Positions 30,624 to 40,669 of a stretch of DNA of 64,000 nucleotides are shown in pieces; the first letter of the stretch is position 1; every line of letters begins with the position of its first letter. This stretch comes from a bacterium. Its GTDB lineage: Bacteria > UBA8248. Under the pieces are notes generated by a model. That model was not told where the DNA came from. It worked only from the letters and a program-made list of their open reading frames with translations, and searched no databases. Location: positions 736,001 to 800,000 of the forward strand of contig CBDCRP010000003.1 of assembly GCA_965221165.1 (NCBI GenBank). Direction: 5' to 3'. The position numbers and the translations under genes are program-made.

Positions 30624-31793
30624 CTAGCTGCCCTGCTTCGCCATGATCGCGCGGGTAATGTCGCCCTCCGGCGTCGACCCCTCCGGCGAGCCGTTCATGC
30701 CGGGGAACTTGAGGTGGTTCTTCACCGGGTCGATGCCCGCCAGTCTCGCGAGCGTGCCGCCCAGGAAATCCGCCTTGTCTTGTTTTGTGATGGAGGGATA
30801 TCCCCACTTCTCCTGTAATTCCTCGTCGATGTGGAGCTTCAGGATCGCCTCGACCGACTGATAGGGGTCCGAAGCCGGCCAGTCGCTGCCCCAGACGAAA
30901 CGGCCGGGGCCTGCGATCTGCAGCGTCGTGCCGACCATGTGCGCGAACCGGTGCGGCGCGCGCATGAGCCAGGGCAGAAGAATCGAATAGCTCACGTAAA
31001 TGTTCGGGTGTTTCCAGAGCAGCATGACCAAGTCTTCCCAGTAGGGATAGCCACCGTGGTAGGCCACGATCTTGAGGTCGGGGAAGTCCGACGCCACCTC
31101 GTCCAGCAGAACCGGCAGGGTGTAGCGCGTGGGACCCAGCCGGATGGTGATGCCGGTGTGGAAGAAAGCGACGATGCCCTTGTCCTGGCACATCTCATAG
31201 GCGGGCCAGAGCCTGCGGTCGTTGATGGGGCAATCCTCCGGCTGATAGAACTTCGTGAACTTGAAGTTGTAGTTGTCGTGGAGGTATTCCATCTCCCAGA
31301 GGAAATCCTTGGTCTTGCGCTTGGAGAACGGCCCCACGTTCGAGACGCCGATGACGCGGTCGGGGTATTTCTCGATCGCGTCGATGACGTGCTGGTTCGT
31401 GGAGAACGGCGCGCTGTCTCCCGCCGTGTCGATGAAGGACTCACGCATGAGGGCTATCTGATCCACGCCCGAGCGATCCATGTCGCCGATGATCTTGTCG
31501 ATGTTCCAGTCCATACCCGGGTGGATGGCCGACTGCCTGTTGTTCCTGTGGTCGATCCACTGCCACTGGTTGCACATCTTGTGCGCGTACTCGAAGGTTT
31601 TGGTGCCCTCGAAATACTTGATGAAACGCCGGTAATCCTCAGGCATCACGTGCACTTCGCAATCGATGGTGTAATAGTCGTTCGCGTCCTCGCCCGTCTC
31701 GGGATTCGACGGCAAGGGCATCTTGGTGTCCCAGGTGGGGGGGACGAATTCGGCCTGTGCCGTTCCGTCCTGCGCTGTTGCGTCTGTAGTCAT
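30624..31793 (-). CDS. Amidohydrolase_2 family protein
   Basis: IDCEVH, MDRSGVD, KFY, FHTG, FPDLKIVAYHGG, VWGSDWP; GGAGG RBS. Confidence 0.85.
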   Translation of the reverse strand: MTTDATAQDGTAQAEFVPPTWDTKMPLPSNPETGEDANDYYTIDCEVHVMPEDYRRFIKYFEGTKTFEYAHKMCNQWQWIDHRNNRQSAIHPGMDWNIDKIIGDMDRSGVDQIALMRESFIDTAGDSAPFSTNQHVIDAIEKYPDRVIGVSNVGPFSKRKTKDFLWEMEYLHDNYNFKFTKFYQPEDCPINDRRLWPAYEMCQDKGIVAFFHTGITIRLGPTRYTLPVLLDEVASDFPDLKIVAYHGGYPYWEDLVMLLWKHPNIYVSYSILLPWLMRAPHRFAHMVGTTLQIAGPGRFVWGSDWPASDPYQSVEAILKLHIDEELQEKWGYPSITKQDKADFLGGTLARLAGIDPVKNHLKFPGMNGSPEGSTPEGDITRAIMAKQGS

Positions 31794-31956
31794 TTTCTAT
31801 TACCTCCAGAAGGGTCAAATGTAGGTGAAGGCGATATCACGCGTTCCGCTCTATGATGACGAACACCATTTGCTCAGAAACAGAAGAAGCCCTATGTTAG
31901 AATGCTGAATAAATCGTGTAAAGCGGTGTCTCCACCGAAAACGACGAGAGAATGCG

Positions 31957-34239
31957 ATGTCCGAAGCGCATAAGAAAACCTATACGCTCTGCTCCCCCCA
32001 CTGCGGGAACAACCCATGCAGTTTCGAGGTCGAAACGAGCGGAGGAGACATCACCTCGTTCCGGGCGAATCCCAGAATGCGCATCAAGCCCTGCATCAAG
32101 GGGTTCCAGTTGCCGGACAGGTATCATCACCCCGACAGGCTCCTCTACCCGATGAAGCGCGTGGGCGAGAAGGGCTCGGGCCCAGGCGGCGCGAACCGCT
32201 TCGAGCGCGTGAGCTGGGACGAGGCGCTGGAACTGGTCGCCGGAGGGCTCGAGGCCGCCAAGGCGAAGGGCGGCAACGAATCGGTGATGATGTATCACTA
32301 CTCCGCCCAGCACACCCTGCCCGGCGGACGCGACGCGGAACCCGCCACCATCATGCGGCTTTTGAACATGTGGGGCGGCGCGGTGCAGCCCTACATGCGC
32401 GGCAGCCTCTGCTGGAAGGCCTTTCTCGGCGCGAGCGACGACGTATTCGGCCACTGGCAGGTGAGCAACAAGCCGAGCGATGATTGCGAGTGGATCGTCC
32501 TCTGGGGCAACAACCCGGTGGAGACGGGATACCGCGGCCTGCTCCAGTCCTTACAGAGAGCCAGGAAAAAAGGAACCCGCTTCATCGTGGTGGACCCGGT
32601 TCGCACGCGGACGGTGGAGCGTTTTGGTGAGATGCACGTGCCGATTCGCCCCTCGACGGACACCGCGCTGGCGCTGGCCGTGCTTCGCCTCATGCTCGCA
32701 GAAGGCGCGCCCGATGAGGCCTTCCTCGGGGAGAAGACCAACGCCGCGTTTCTCGTGGATACGGACACCGGCCGCTTCGTGCGGGATTCGGACGGCGCGC
32801 CGCTCGTCTGGGATGAAGCCTCCGCTTCGGCCAAGCCGTTCAACGCCTGCGAAAAGCCGGCCTTAAGCGGGACATTTCAGGTGAACGGAACCGGATGCAG
32901 GCCCGCGCTCGATTATCTGAGGGACGCCGCCGAACCCTGGACGCCCGAGCGCGCGGCGCGCGAATGCGGCGTTTCAACCGAGCACGTACACGCCATCGCC
33001 CGGGCGATGCGGCGAGGCAAAGTCATCGTCTACTACGGGTCTTACCAGCGCACCGTGCACGGGGAGCAGGCCGTTCGGGCGTTGCACATACTGAACCTGA
33101 TGGCGGGCGCCTCGGGCGGCGTGTTGCGCCACGGGGCGCGGGAGGCGGGCTTTCCCTCGGACAGGGCGCATGGAACCGGCTTGGAGGAAGTGATGGCCGA
33201 TCGCTGGGCCGTCCCCAATCCGGTCACGCGCACCATCCCGACCGGACAGATCGGAGAAGCCATCCTGAACCCCGATTCCCACGGCGGCCCGGTGAACGCG
33301 GCGCTCGTGATGTGGGGCAACCCGGTCGGCCAGGCCGGAAACGCGCACAAGACCGAGCGCGCCCTGCGCTCTCTGGATTTCTGCGCGGTGGCGGACGTCT
33401 TCATGACGCCCACGGCGAAATGCGCGGACGTGGTGTTGCCCGCGTCGACCTGGCTCGAGCGCTGCGCGATCACCGAGGGAATGGAGACGGGCAGCACCTT
33501 TTATCACCTCGCTCACGAGTTGACGCCCAAGCACATCCTCCTCTATACGCCGGGCGTCATGCCGCCGCGCGGGGAGTCGCTCGATGACTTCGAGATCGTC
33601 TGCCGCCTGGCCGAAAAAATGGGCTACGGCGCGCATTTCCCGTGGAAATCATCCAAAGAATGGGTGGAAGAGCTCCTGGCGGCGGCGCGGGCGGACGCGT
33701 GCTTTCCCTGGCTCAAGGATGTCACGATCGAAAGGCTCGAAGCCGAGGGGCAAATCACCGTGGACGTTCCCGACGCCGCCCCGGGCTGGGACCTCACCAC
33801 CCCGCACGGACGCGCGCAGGTTTATTTCGAAGAGATCCCGCAGCAAGTGCCCACGCATTTTCCGCCCGAAGAAGACTTGGGCCGCGAGGGGGCGGACTAT
33901 CCGCTTCAACTCCTTACGCCGAAAACCTATTTCCGGGCGAGTTCGACCTTCAACAACGCGGCGAAGCTCCTGCGCCACGGCTGGAACGTCGCCACGCTCC
34001 ATCCGGCGGACGCCGCCGCACGAGGGATTGCGAACGGAGACGGCGTGCGTCTTAAAAACGGTTTTGGAGAATCGGTGTTCGAGGCCAAGGTGAGCGAGGG
34101 CATCAGGCCCGGGGTCGTGCACATACCTGCGGGCGGTTTGCCCGAGGACGGCGCGGCCAATCAACTCACCGGCGACGCCTTGTCCGAATACGAAAACGCC
34201 ACGTTCAACAGCTACCACGTGGAGGTGGAGAAGCGCTGA
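31957..34239 (+). CDS. Molybdopterin (DMSO reductase superfamily) oxidoreductase catalytic subunit
   Basis: CSPHCGNNPC..CIKG Fe-S motif, RLLYPMKR, SWDEAL, WGNNP, DVFMTPTAKCADVVLPA, HPADAAARGI. Confidence 0.9.
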   Translation: MSEAHKKTYTLCSPHCGNNPCSFEVETSGGDITSFRANPRMRIKPCIKGFQLPDRYHHPDRLLYPMKRVGEKGSGPGGANRFERVSWDEALELVAGGLEAAKAKGGNESVMMYHYSAQHTLPGGRDAEPATIMRLLNMWGGAVQPYMRGSLCWKAFLGASDDVFGHWQVSNKPSDDCEWIVLWGNNPVETGYRGLLQSLQRARKKGTRFIVVDPVRTRTVERFGEMHVPIRPSTDTALALAVLRLMLAEGAPDEAFLGEKTNAAFLVDTDTGRFVRDSDGAPLVWDEASASAKPFNACEKPALSGTFQVNGTGCRPALDYLRDAAEPWTPERAARECGVSTEHVHAIARAMRRGKVIVYYGSYQRTVHGEQAVRALHILNLMAGASGGVLRHGAREAGFPSDRAHGTGLEEVMADRWAVPNPVTRTIPTGQIGEAILNPDSHGGPVNAALVMWGNPVGQAGNAHKTERALRSLDFCAVADVFMTPTAKCADVVLPASTWLERCAITEGMETGSTFYHLAHELTPKHILLYTPGVMPPRGESLDDFEIVCRLAEKMGYGAHFPWKSSKEWVEELLAAARADACFPWLKDVTIERLEAEGQITVDVPDAAPGWDLTTPHGRAQVYFEEIPQQVPTHFPPEEDLGREGADYPLQLLTPKTYFRASSTFNNAAKLLRHGWNVATLHPADAAARGIANGDGVRLKNGFGESVFEAKVSEGIRPGVVHIPAGGLPEDGAANQLTGDALSEYENATFNSYHVEVEKR

Positions 34240-34279
34240 TTATCAGGGAGCGCATCCACCTCGCCCGACGATTTCATCC

Positions 34280-35104
34280 CTACTTCCACTCCCAGGCCTT
34301 GTGCTTGATGAGCACCACCTCTGTGGGGGGCGGCAGCGTCCTGCGGCTGAAGACGTAGGTGTCGCCCTCGATTCTCCTGACGCGCCTGAAAGCGCCGAGA
34401 AAGACGTTCAACTCCTCGAGGGATCGGACGTCCATCGGAACCGCGACGTTGGGCCTGAGTCTTTGGACGAAATCCGCCATCACTCTGGGGTTCATGGCTC
34501 CCGGGTCCGAGATGATGGCCAGGGCCACGTGAATCTTCCCCAGCCTTCGTAGCTGCTCGGGGTTCATCGGCGCGCCCAGATCTCCCAGATGGGCGATGCA
34601 AAGCCCGCCCGTCTCGAACAGAAAAGAAGAGGCCTTGGACTCGCCGGCGTCAAAATCCTCCCCGCCCCCGCCCTGCACGATGGGCACGTTGCGGATGCGC
34701 ACGTCGCCTGTCCGGTAATCCACCTCGTTCCATTTTTCTCCATCGCCGAGCACGCCCCGCAAGACGACGGGGTTTCCGCCCAGAATCTCGACGGAGCTGT
34801 GGTTCATCGCCTCCTCGCTCGTGGTGGCCACGTGGGGTTTGGTCTTCGGGACGGGATAGCCCCGATGCGGGGAGAAGGGATCGGTCACGACCCGGATTCC
34901 CCCCGGTGAGACGATGCGGAAAAAAGCATGGCCGAACCACTGGATGCTGATCCGGCGCGGGGCTTTCACCATCCGGGCGTAGGATACGGGCACGGCCTTC
35001 CTGAAGGGCATGTAGCGAACCAGGCCGGGTGAGCATTTGGCCGAAACGACGCCCGGCGCGGCCAGAAAACAGACGAGCACAGCGAAACAAAGCGCCTTTT
35101 TCAT
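34280..35104 (-). CDS. Metallo-beta-lactamase-fold protein (Lactamase_B_3-like), secreted
   Basis: Signal peptide; WFGHAFF, VTDPF, AHLGDLG. The expected HxHxDH reads SEEAMNH. Confidence 0.75.
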   Translation of the reverse strand: MKKALCFAVLVCFLAAPGVVSAKCSPGLVRYMPFRKAVPVSYARMVKAPRRISIQWFGHAFFRIVSPGGIRVVTDPFSPHRGYPVPKTKPHVATTSEEAMNHSSVEILGGNPVVLRGVLGDGEKWNEVDYRTGDVRIRNVPIVQGGGGEDFDAGESKASSFLFETGGLCIAHLGDLGAPMNPEQLRRLGKIHVALAIISDPGAMNPRVMADFVQRLRPNVAVPMDVRSLEELNVFLGAFRRVRRIEGDTYVFSRRTLPPPTEVVLIKHKAWEWK

Positions 35105-35349
35105 CCAATACCCCCTATGGGTTGAGTGCGCCGATGCTGGATCCCCGAGAAAATTCTATCCCCAAAAGGGGGACGGGGGAAGCGACGCGTTCTGGTCAGA
35201 GACAGGCGTTTCGGCAGGGAGAGCGGATGAGCCGGGGCAGGAATCCCCCCGTCAAAGTTTTTCAAAAGGCCCTCTTTATGACAGGATGAACCCGATTTTC
35301 CCGATAAACACAGGATGACACGTCGCTCATATCATACGAAGGAGTCCCG

Positions 35350-36042
35350 ATGCCCATCATCGATTTGAGTCTCGCCCACTATGACGAAATGGACCCCGTT
35401 GCCGCCGCCGTAGGCAAGATGATGAATGCCGAAACATCCGTGCGGCGTAAATTCTTCCCGCCCCAAAAAGAACCGGACGTCGTGTTCGTCGATAGCTGGC
35501 TTTCCATATTCGCGCACGCGGGCACGCATCTCGATTGCCCGCGCCACATCTACCGCTGGGGAAAGACGACGGACGAGGTGGAACTCGACCGCTTCATGGG
35601 GCCCGCCTGTCTGCTCGATTTCTCATCCAAGGGGGCGGACGAACCCATCTCCGCCGAGGATTTAGAAGCGCATGCGGGACTCGTCCGGGAAAACGACATC
35701 GTTCTCTTGCGCACCGATTTTACGGACAAATTCTGGGGCGCAGACGCTTATCTGAGAAACTCGCCCTACCTGACCGGCGACGGCGCGAGGTGGCTCGTGG
35801 ACAAGGGGGTCAAGGCCGCCGGTTTCGATTTCTTGCAGGAAGAGGAAGTGAAAAAAATTCCCGAGAACGTGCCCGAGAACTACGTCGTCCACAGGACGTT
35901 ATTGGGAAACGGCGTCATCCAGATCGAGCACATGACGAATCTTTCGGCCATACCGCAGGAGCGCTTCCAGGTCATCGCGCTGCCGCTCAAGATGCCTGGG
36001 ATCGAAGGCTCCCCCTGCCGGGCCGTGGCCGTCGTGGACTAG
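35350..36042 (+). CDS. Cyclase family protein (kynurenine formamidase KynB-like)
   Basis: HAGTHLDCPRH, GFD, VHRTLL, IEH, GSPCRAVA. Confidence 0.9.
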   Translation: MPIIDLSLAHYDEMDPVAAAVGKMMNAETSVRRKFFPPQKEPDVVFVDSWLSIFAHAGTHLDCPRHIYRWGKTTDEVELDRFMGPACLLDFSSKGADEPISAEDLEAHAGLVRENDIVLLRTDFTDKFWGADAYLRNSPYLTGDGARWLVDKGVKAAGFDFLQEEEVKKIPENVPENYVVHRTLLGNGVIQIEHMTNLSAIPQERFQVIALPLKMPGIEGSPCRAVAVVD

Positions 36043-36052
36043 GAACTCTCGA

Positions 36053-36304
36053 TTATTCAGGTGATTTTTGCCCCGCCAGATAACCCTCGAACATGCCTTC
36101 GAGACGAGACGTTTTCGCGTCCACGGACGACACACCCGCTGCCAGGGAGGACACGCTCGCATCCAGGGATGAAACCCTGGCTTCCAGAGAAGACATTCTT
36201 GCTTCCAGGGCGGAGAGGCGGCTGTCAAACTTCCTCTCAATCCGGTAAAGATAGGCTAGGATGGCGATTCCAAAAACGGCGATCTCGATCATTTCGGCAG
36301 TCAT
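36053..36304 (-). CDS. Small membrane-anchored coiled-coil protein
   Basis: N-terminal hydrophobic helix, six heptads, RLEG C-terminus; AGGAG upstream. Confidence 0.7.
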   Translation of the reverse strand: MTAEMIEIAVFGIAILAYLYRIERKFDSRLSALEARMSSLEARVSSLDASVSSLAAGVSSVDAKTSRLEGMFEGYLAGQKSPE

Positions 36305-36451
36305 TATTCCACGCACTCCTTACGGACTTGAAATTTATATTGGGTCCTCTGGAACGCTCGTATTTCGAAATCGTAATATATCAAGGTCTGAATTTCAAAC
36401 AGGAGACTCCACGAAGCTCATAGAAATCCTCGTAACCACGCTTTTCACCTG

Positions 36452-37114
36452 ATGGAGAAACCCATGGAAGACGCTCTCGAATTCTTCTCCCGCGCGCCGA
36501 CGACCGCCATCGCGGACGCTTCGATATTTTTAGGATTAGATCTCATCATGAAAGACGTCGCCCCGCTCACGCCCTTCACCGAGGAGCGCGTCGCCGCCCC
36601 TGCGGCCACCATGCGCTTCGAGCCCGTCCGGGGTGAGGTGAACCCCTCCCGCGTGAGTCTCTACGGAACGCACGAGGAGATGGAGCCGGGCAAGTTCGTC
36701 GTGCTTGCGACTGGGGCGAGCGACATGGCCGTTCTGGGGGCCAACGGGGCGCGCGTCATCCACCGGCGGGGGGCAGCCGGCGTCGTTACGGACGGACGGG
36801 CGCGCGACGTCCTGGAAATCAGGGAATTGGGATTGCCCGTGTGGTGCTGCGGCGCGAGGCCCCTGCCCTATTCCAGACGCCTGGTCGCCACGGAGCGCGA
36901 CGTTCCCGTCACCTGCTGCGGGGTAAGGATTGCGCCCGGAGACATCGTCGTCGCCGATGCGGACGGCGTGGCCGTGGTGCCGCAGGATGAAGCCGAAGCG
37001 GTGCGCGAGCGTACGCGAATCGTCATGGAAATCGAAGAGGAATTCACCCGAAGATTCGATGCGGGCGAGTCGGGCGCCGAACTCGTCAAGATGATGAAAA
37101 GAAAATGGGAATGA
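36452..37114 (+). CDS. RraA / HMG aldolase family protein
   Basis: TAIADA, GVVTDGRARD, PGDIVVADADGVAVVP. Confidence 0.9.
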   Translation: MEKPMEDALEFFSRAPTTAIADASIFLGLDLIMKDVAPLTPFTEERVAAPAATMRFEPVRGEVNPSRVSLYGTHEEMEPGKFVVLATGASDMAVLGANGARVIHRRGAAGVVTDGRARDVLEIRELGLPVWCCGARPLPYSRRLVATERDVPVTCCGVRIAPGDIVVADADGVAVVPQDEAEAVRERTRIVMEIEEEFTRRFDAGESGAELVKMMKRKWE

Positions 37115-37280
37115 ATACTCCCGGGAGTCATGGCCCTAAATTTTTTGTTTCATCCCGCCGGGAGCCTTGCTATATTCTGAAGGTTGAAGCGCACTATTCC
37201 AAAAACTTTTTCGGCGGGGCATAAGGTGAATCGCCCGAAGAAAAGGGGTGAATCCCTCCCATTCATGGTGCAGAAAGAAA

Positions 37281-37565
37281 ATGAGCGAACCGACGCCTCT
37301 GGAAGAAAACCTGAAACTGGTGAAATATCGAAGCAGTTACTGGATCGTGCTCGAACCGGAAGGAATCCCTTTGGCGGAATTCGCCTCCCAGCACCACGAT
37401 ACGCTCGGGGAGCCGCTTTATCGGTGGATGAAGAAACATCTGTCGCGCGAATCCATCCTGCGCTTTCATGAATCCGACAAATTCGATTGGGACGAGTTCA
37501 AACAATTCATGGAATCGAAGGGATGGGATATCAGCCGAAACGAACCGGGCATCATCAACACCTGA
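37281..37565 (+). CDS. Hypothetical protein (about 94 aa)
   Basis: ATG 37281 in the 37248 frame; fills the intergenic gap; no motif recognised. Confidence 0.6.
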   Translation: MSEPTPLEENLKLVKYRSSYWIVLEPEGIPLAEFASQHHDTLGEPLYRWMKKHLSRESILRFHESDKFDWDEFKQFMESKGWDISRNEPGIINT

Positions 37566-37630
37566 CTTAAAGACCCGGAAAAACGGATGGTAGATGAATC
37601 CATGAAATCAGCAGGAAAACGAGGCCATCA

Positions 37631-38083
37631 ATGACGAACCAAAGCGAAAGACTCATCACCTTGAAGAGCGGGCTGGACGCGCAGGAACTCCATATCCTGA
37701 ACATCGAACTCGACCGCCGCAGGAAATCAGTGGGCGTCGCATACGGCCTGTGGTTTTTTCTCAGTTGGCTGGGCCTGCACAAATTCTATCTGGGCAGAAT
37801 CGCGACGGGCGTCATATACGTCGTCGCTCCGTGGGTTTTGATTCTCGCCTTCGTGGTCGGCTTCGTCATGGCGGAATCGAATCCCGAGGCGGGCGGGGCG
37901 ACCGCAGGCTTAAGCCTGCTCGCCCTGATCGTCTATGGTCTATGGTGGATCGTGGATTTGTTCACGATTCCGAGACAGGTGAACGCATACAACGAAAACC
38001 TGGAACTCGAGATCATCGCCTCTTTGAACGCGAGAAAACAGGCGTCACCGGGTTTATCGCCAAATCCCACGAGGCCGGAATAA
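37631..38083 (+). CDS. TM2 domain membrane protein
   Basis: KSVGVAYGLWFFLSWLGLHKFYLG ... WWIVDLFTIP. Confidence 0.9.
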   Translation: MTNQSERLITLKSGLDAQELHILNIELDRRRKSVGVAYGLWFFLSWLGLHKFYLGRIATGVIYVVAPWVLILAFVVGFVMAESNPEAGGATAGLSLLALIVYGLWWIVDLFTIPRQVNAYNENLELEIIASLNARKQASPGLSPNPTRPE

Positions 38084-38095
38084 AAAACGGGCGCC

Positions 38096-39691
38096 TTACT
38101 TCCGCGCGTATTTCCTGCCCAGATTCTCCTCCCAGGTGAGATAGCCCTCCATCGCGCTGCGTCCGATGTCATAAGGCTTGAGCTGCACGTCCTTTGGCTG
38201 CTCATCCAGCCCCTCGCGTCCGGTTTCGAGAGAAAACCCCGCTGCTCCCCAGGCCGCCTTGCCGCCTTCGAGATAGCCCGCCCTCCGGTACCCGAGTCTT
38301 TGAAGGGAAAGCGCGCTCAGGGCGGATTTGCGCCCATCCTCACAGACGCACATCACCCGCGCGCTTTTATCCCCTATCTGCTCGGACGCCTCCTCTTCGA
38401 GCCGGCCCCTGGATATCCAGGCAGAGCCCGGCAGATGGCCCCGCTCATAGGAAGAACTCAAATCCACGTCAAGGATCGCGCCGATTTTCCGGGCGCTCGC
38501 CTCCCCAGATCCATAGGCGCGCGTTTGCGCCCGCGCTTCTTTCAGGAGAAGAACCTCTCCCGCCCCGGCCGGGCTTTCTCCCGAAGACGCGGCGCTCAGT
38601 TTTTCGAGCGTTCCTCCGGCTTCGAGCCAAGCGTTAAGGCCTCCCCTCAGCACGCTCACGTCGAGCCCCATCTGGCGAAGCCAGTAGGCCGCCATGACGC
38701 CGCGCGCGTTCTTATCGCAATAGGTCACGATTTTCCCCGCGCGCACCGCAATCACCTCATCCGTGCGCTGCGCCGCCTGCCCGCCGGGGATGGAGATGGC
38801 CCCCGGAATATGGCCTCCCGTAAACTCGGGCGCCAGGCGCACGTCGAGCACGTAGAGCGTGCGGCTGTCTGATTCCGCCTTTAGCGCGCGAAGCTCCTCG
38901 ACCGAGATAAACGGAACCCCCTCCTCTTCGGCCACCTGCGCGCCGAGCATTTCCCCGTGGGCGCGGCTTTGCTCGGAAGGAGCCGGAATCTCGCTCGGCT
39001 TTCCCTCATCAAGCTGTAAGCCCTCGAGTATGATTCCCATCCCTCCGTTTTTGAGCGCGCGCGCGCGCGTGACGCCCAGGCGGTGGAGCGCCTGCGTGCC
39101 GATGATGCTGCGGGTGCGGCCCGCGCAGTTGATGATGAGAGGCGTTTCCTTGTCCTGGTCCAGATCCCATGCGTGGAGGATGAGTTCGCCCCCCGGCAGG
39201 CTCCGCCCCGTGGGGACGCAAAAACGCTCGAACTCCACCTCGGTTCTCGTGTCGAATATGCGCGGAGGCGTATCGCCTTCGATCAGCGCATAAAGCTCTC
39301 TGGCCGTAATTTCGGGCACCGCGTTTTCCACGTGAATCCGCTCGCCGAAATCCTTGCTCGGCACGTTCGTGCCCGAAGCCGTCGGAAACCCTTGGGCCTC
39401 CCATGCGCCCAGGCCGCCCCCCAGCACCGAAACGTCCGCGTAGCCGCATTCTTCTAACAGCGAGGCGACGCGCTCCGCCCTAGGACCGCCCTCGTCCACG
39501 CAAACCACGGGTGTGGACTTCACGGGCACGAGGCGCTCGGCCAGGAATTCCACCGCGCCGCGCGGGGCGTTCGTGGTCATGAAAATCTGTTTTTCGTGAA
39601 ATTCCATCGGGTCGCGCACGTCGAGTACCGCGTGTGCGCGGGAGCTTTCCATCCATTCCTTGAGTTCAGCCGGGGATATCTTTTTCACCAT
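38096..39691 (-). CDS. Four-domain rhodanese-like sulfurtransferase
   Basis: Repeated LDVR / GHIPGA / L.GG..AW motifs; NCAGRTRS active-site loop. Confidence 0.9.
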   Translation of the reverse strand: MVKKISPAELKEWMESSRAHAVLDVRDPMEFHEKQIFMTTNAPRGAVEFLAERLVPVKSTPVVCVDEGGPRAERVASLLEECGYADVSVLGGGLGAWEAQGFPTASGTNVPSKDFGERIHVENAVPEITARELYALIEGDTPPRIFDTRTEVEFERFCVPTGRSLPGGELILHAWDLDQDKETPLIINCAGRTRSIIGTQALHRLGVTRARALKNGGMGIILEGLQLDEGKPSEIPAPSEQSRAHGEMLGAQVAEEEGVPFISVEELRALKAESDSRTLYVLDVRLAPEFTGGHIPGAISIPGGQAAQRTDEVIAVRAGKIVTYCDKNARGVMAAYWLRQMGLDVSVLRGGLNAWLEAGGTLEKLSAASSGESPAGAGEVLLLKEARAQTRAYGSGEASARKIGAILDVDLSSSYERGHLPGSAWISRGRLEEEASEQIGDKSARVMCVCEDGRKSALSALSLQRLGYRRAGYLEGGKAAWGAAGFSLETGREGLDEQPKDVQLKPYDIGRSAMEGYLTWEENLGRKYARK

Positions 39692-39729
39692 GTCTGCGAG
39701 TCCTTCGTTTGGGGATGCACACCATACGC

Positions 39730-40620
39730 CTAGCGGGAGGGAATGCCCGCCATGCGCCTGAATACCTCGATGATGGCCGCCGTGTCCGCATCGGCGAGCC
39801 CGCCCAGTTCGGCGGCCTGGAGCACCTGCTGGTGCACGGTGCTGAGCAGCATGGGGGAGCCGAGTTTCTGGCCTTGTTCCAGCATGAGCCGCACGTCCTT
39901 GTGGTGTTGCTTGATGCGCGAGAGCGGATTGTCGTAATCCGCGTGAATCATGCGGGGGCCGCGCTGGTCCATGGCCTTGCTGTAGGCCGCGCTGTCCTTG
40001 AGGACTTCGAGCAGGCCCTCCATCTCCAGGCCCGATTTCATGCCCAGAACGAGGCCTTCCGAGAGCGCCAGGCGCGTGAGTCCCAGAACGAGGTTGATGA
40101 CCAGTTTCGTCCGCGCGCCCGCTCCGTTCGGACCCATGTGGTGGATGGAGCGGGCGAATTTGGCCAGAACCGGCTTCGCCGCCTCGAAATCGCTCTCCTC
40201 GCCCCCGACGACGGAGACGATCTGCCCGTCGAGCACGTTGTTGCGCGAACCGCTCAGGCTCGCATCGAGAAAACCGATGTTCCTGGCGCGGAGATCTTCG
40301 CCGAGTTTCGCCGAGTCATCGGGGCTCGCCGTGGAGGTGTCGATGATGATGAGGCCCTCTCGCGCCACGCTCGCAATTCCCCCAGCTCCCAGGCAGGTCT
40401 CGCGCACGACGTGGCTGTAGAGCAGGGAGATGATGACGAACTGCGCATCCTCCGCCGCTTCCGCCGCCGAGCCCGCCGGGGCGCCCCCGTTCGCGGCGAG
40501 CGCATCGAGCCTGCTCTGGTCGATGTCGAACCCGTACACCCGGTGCCCCGATTCCATCAGCTTCCGGCTCATGGCCGTACCCATGAGGCCCAGCCCTACG
40601 ATTCCGATGTTCTCCGCCAT
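39730..40620 (-). CDS. NAD(P)-dependent beta-hydroxyacid dehydrogenase (3-hydroxyisobutyrate DH family)
   Basis: GLGLMG, IDTST, DASLSG, GAGARTKLVIN, KD. Confidence 0.9.
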   Translation of the reverse strand: MAENIGIVGLGLMGTAMSRKLMESGHRVYGFDIDQSRLDALAANGGAPAGSAAEAAEDAQFVIISLLYSHVVRETCLGAGGIASVAREGLIIIDTSTASPDDSAKLGEDLRARNIGFLDASLSGSRNNVLDGQIVSVVGGEESDFEAAKPVLAKFARSIHHMGPNGAGARTKLVINLVLGLTRLALSEGLVLGMKSGLEMEGLLEVLKDSAAYSKAMDQRGPRMIHADYDNPLSRIKQHHKDVRLMLEQGQKLGSPMLLSTVHQQVLQAAELGGLADADTAAIIEVFRRMAGIPSR

Positions 40621-40669
40621 CTCGCGTCTCCAAACACACGAAGCCATCCCTGCATAGGGAGTATGAAAA

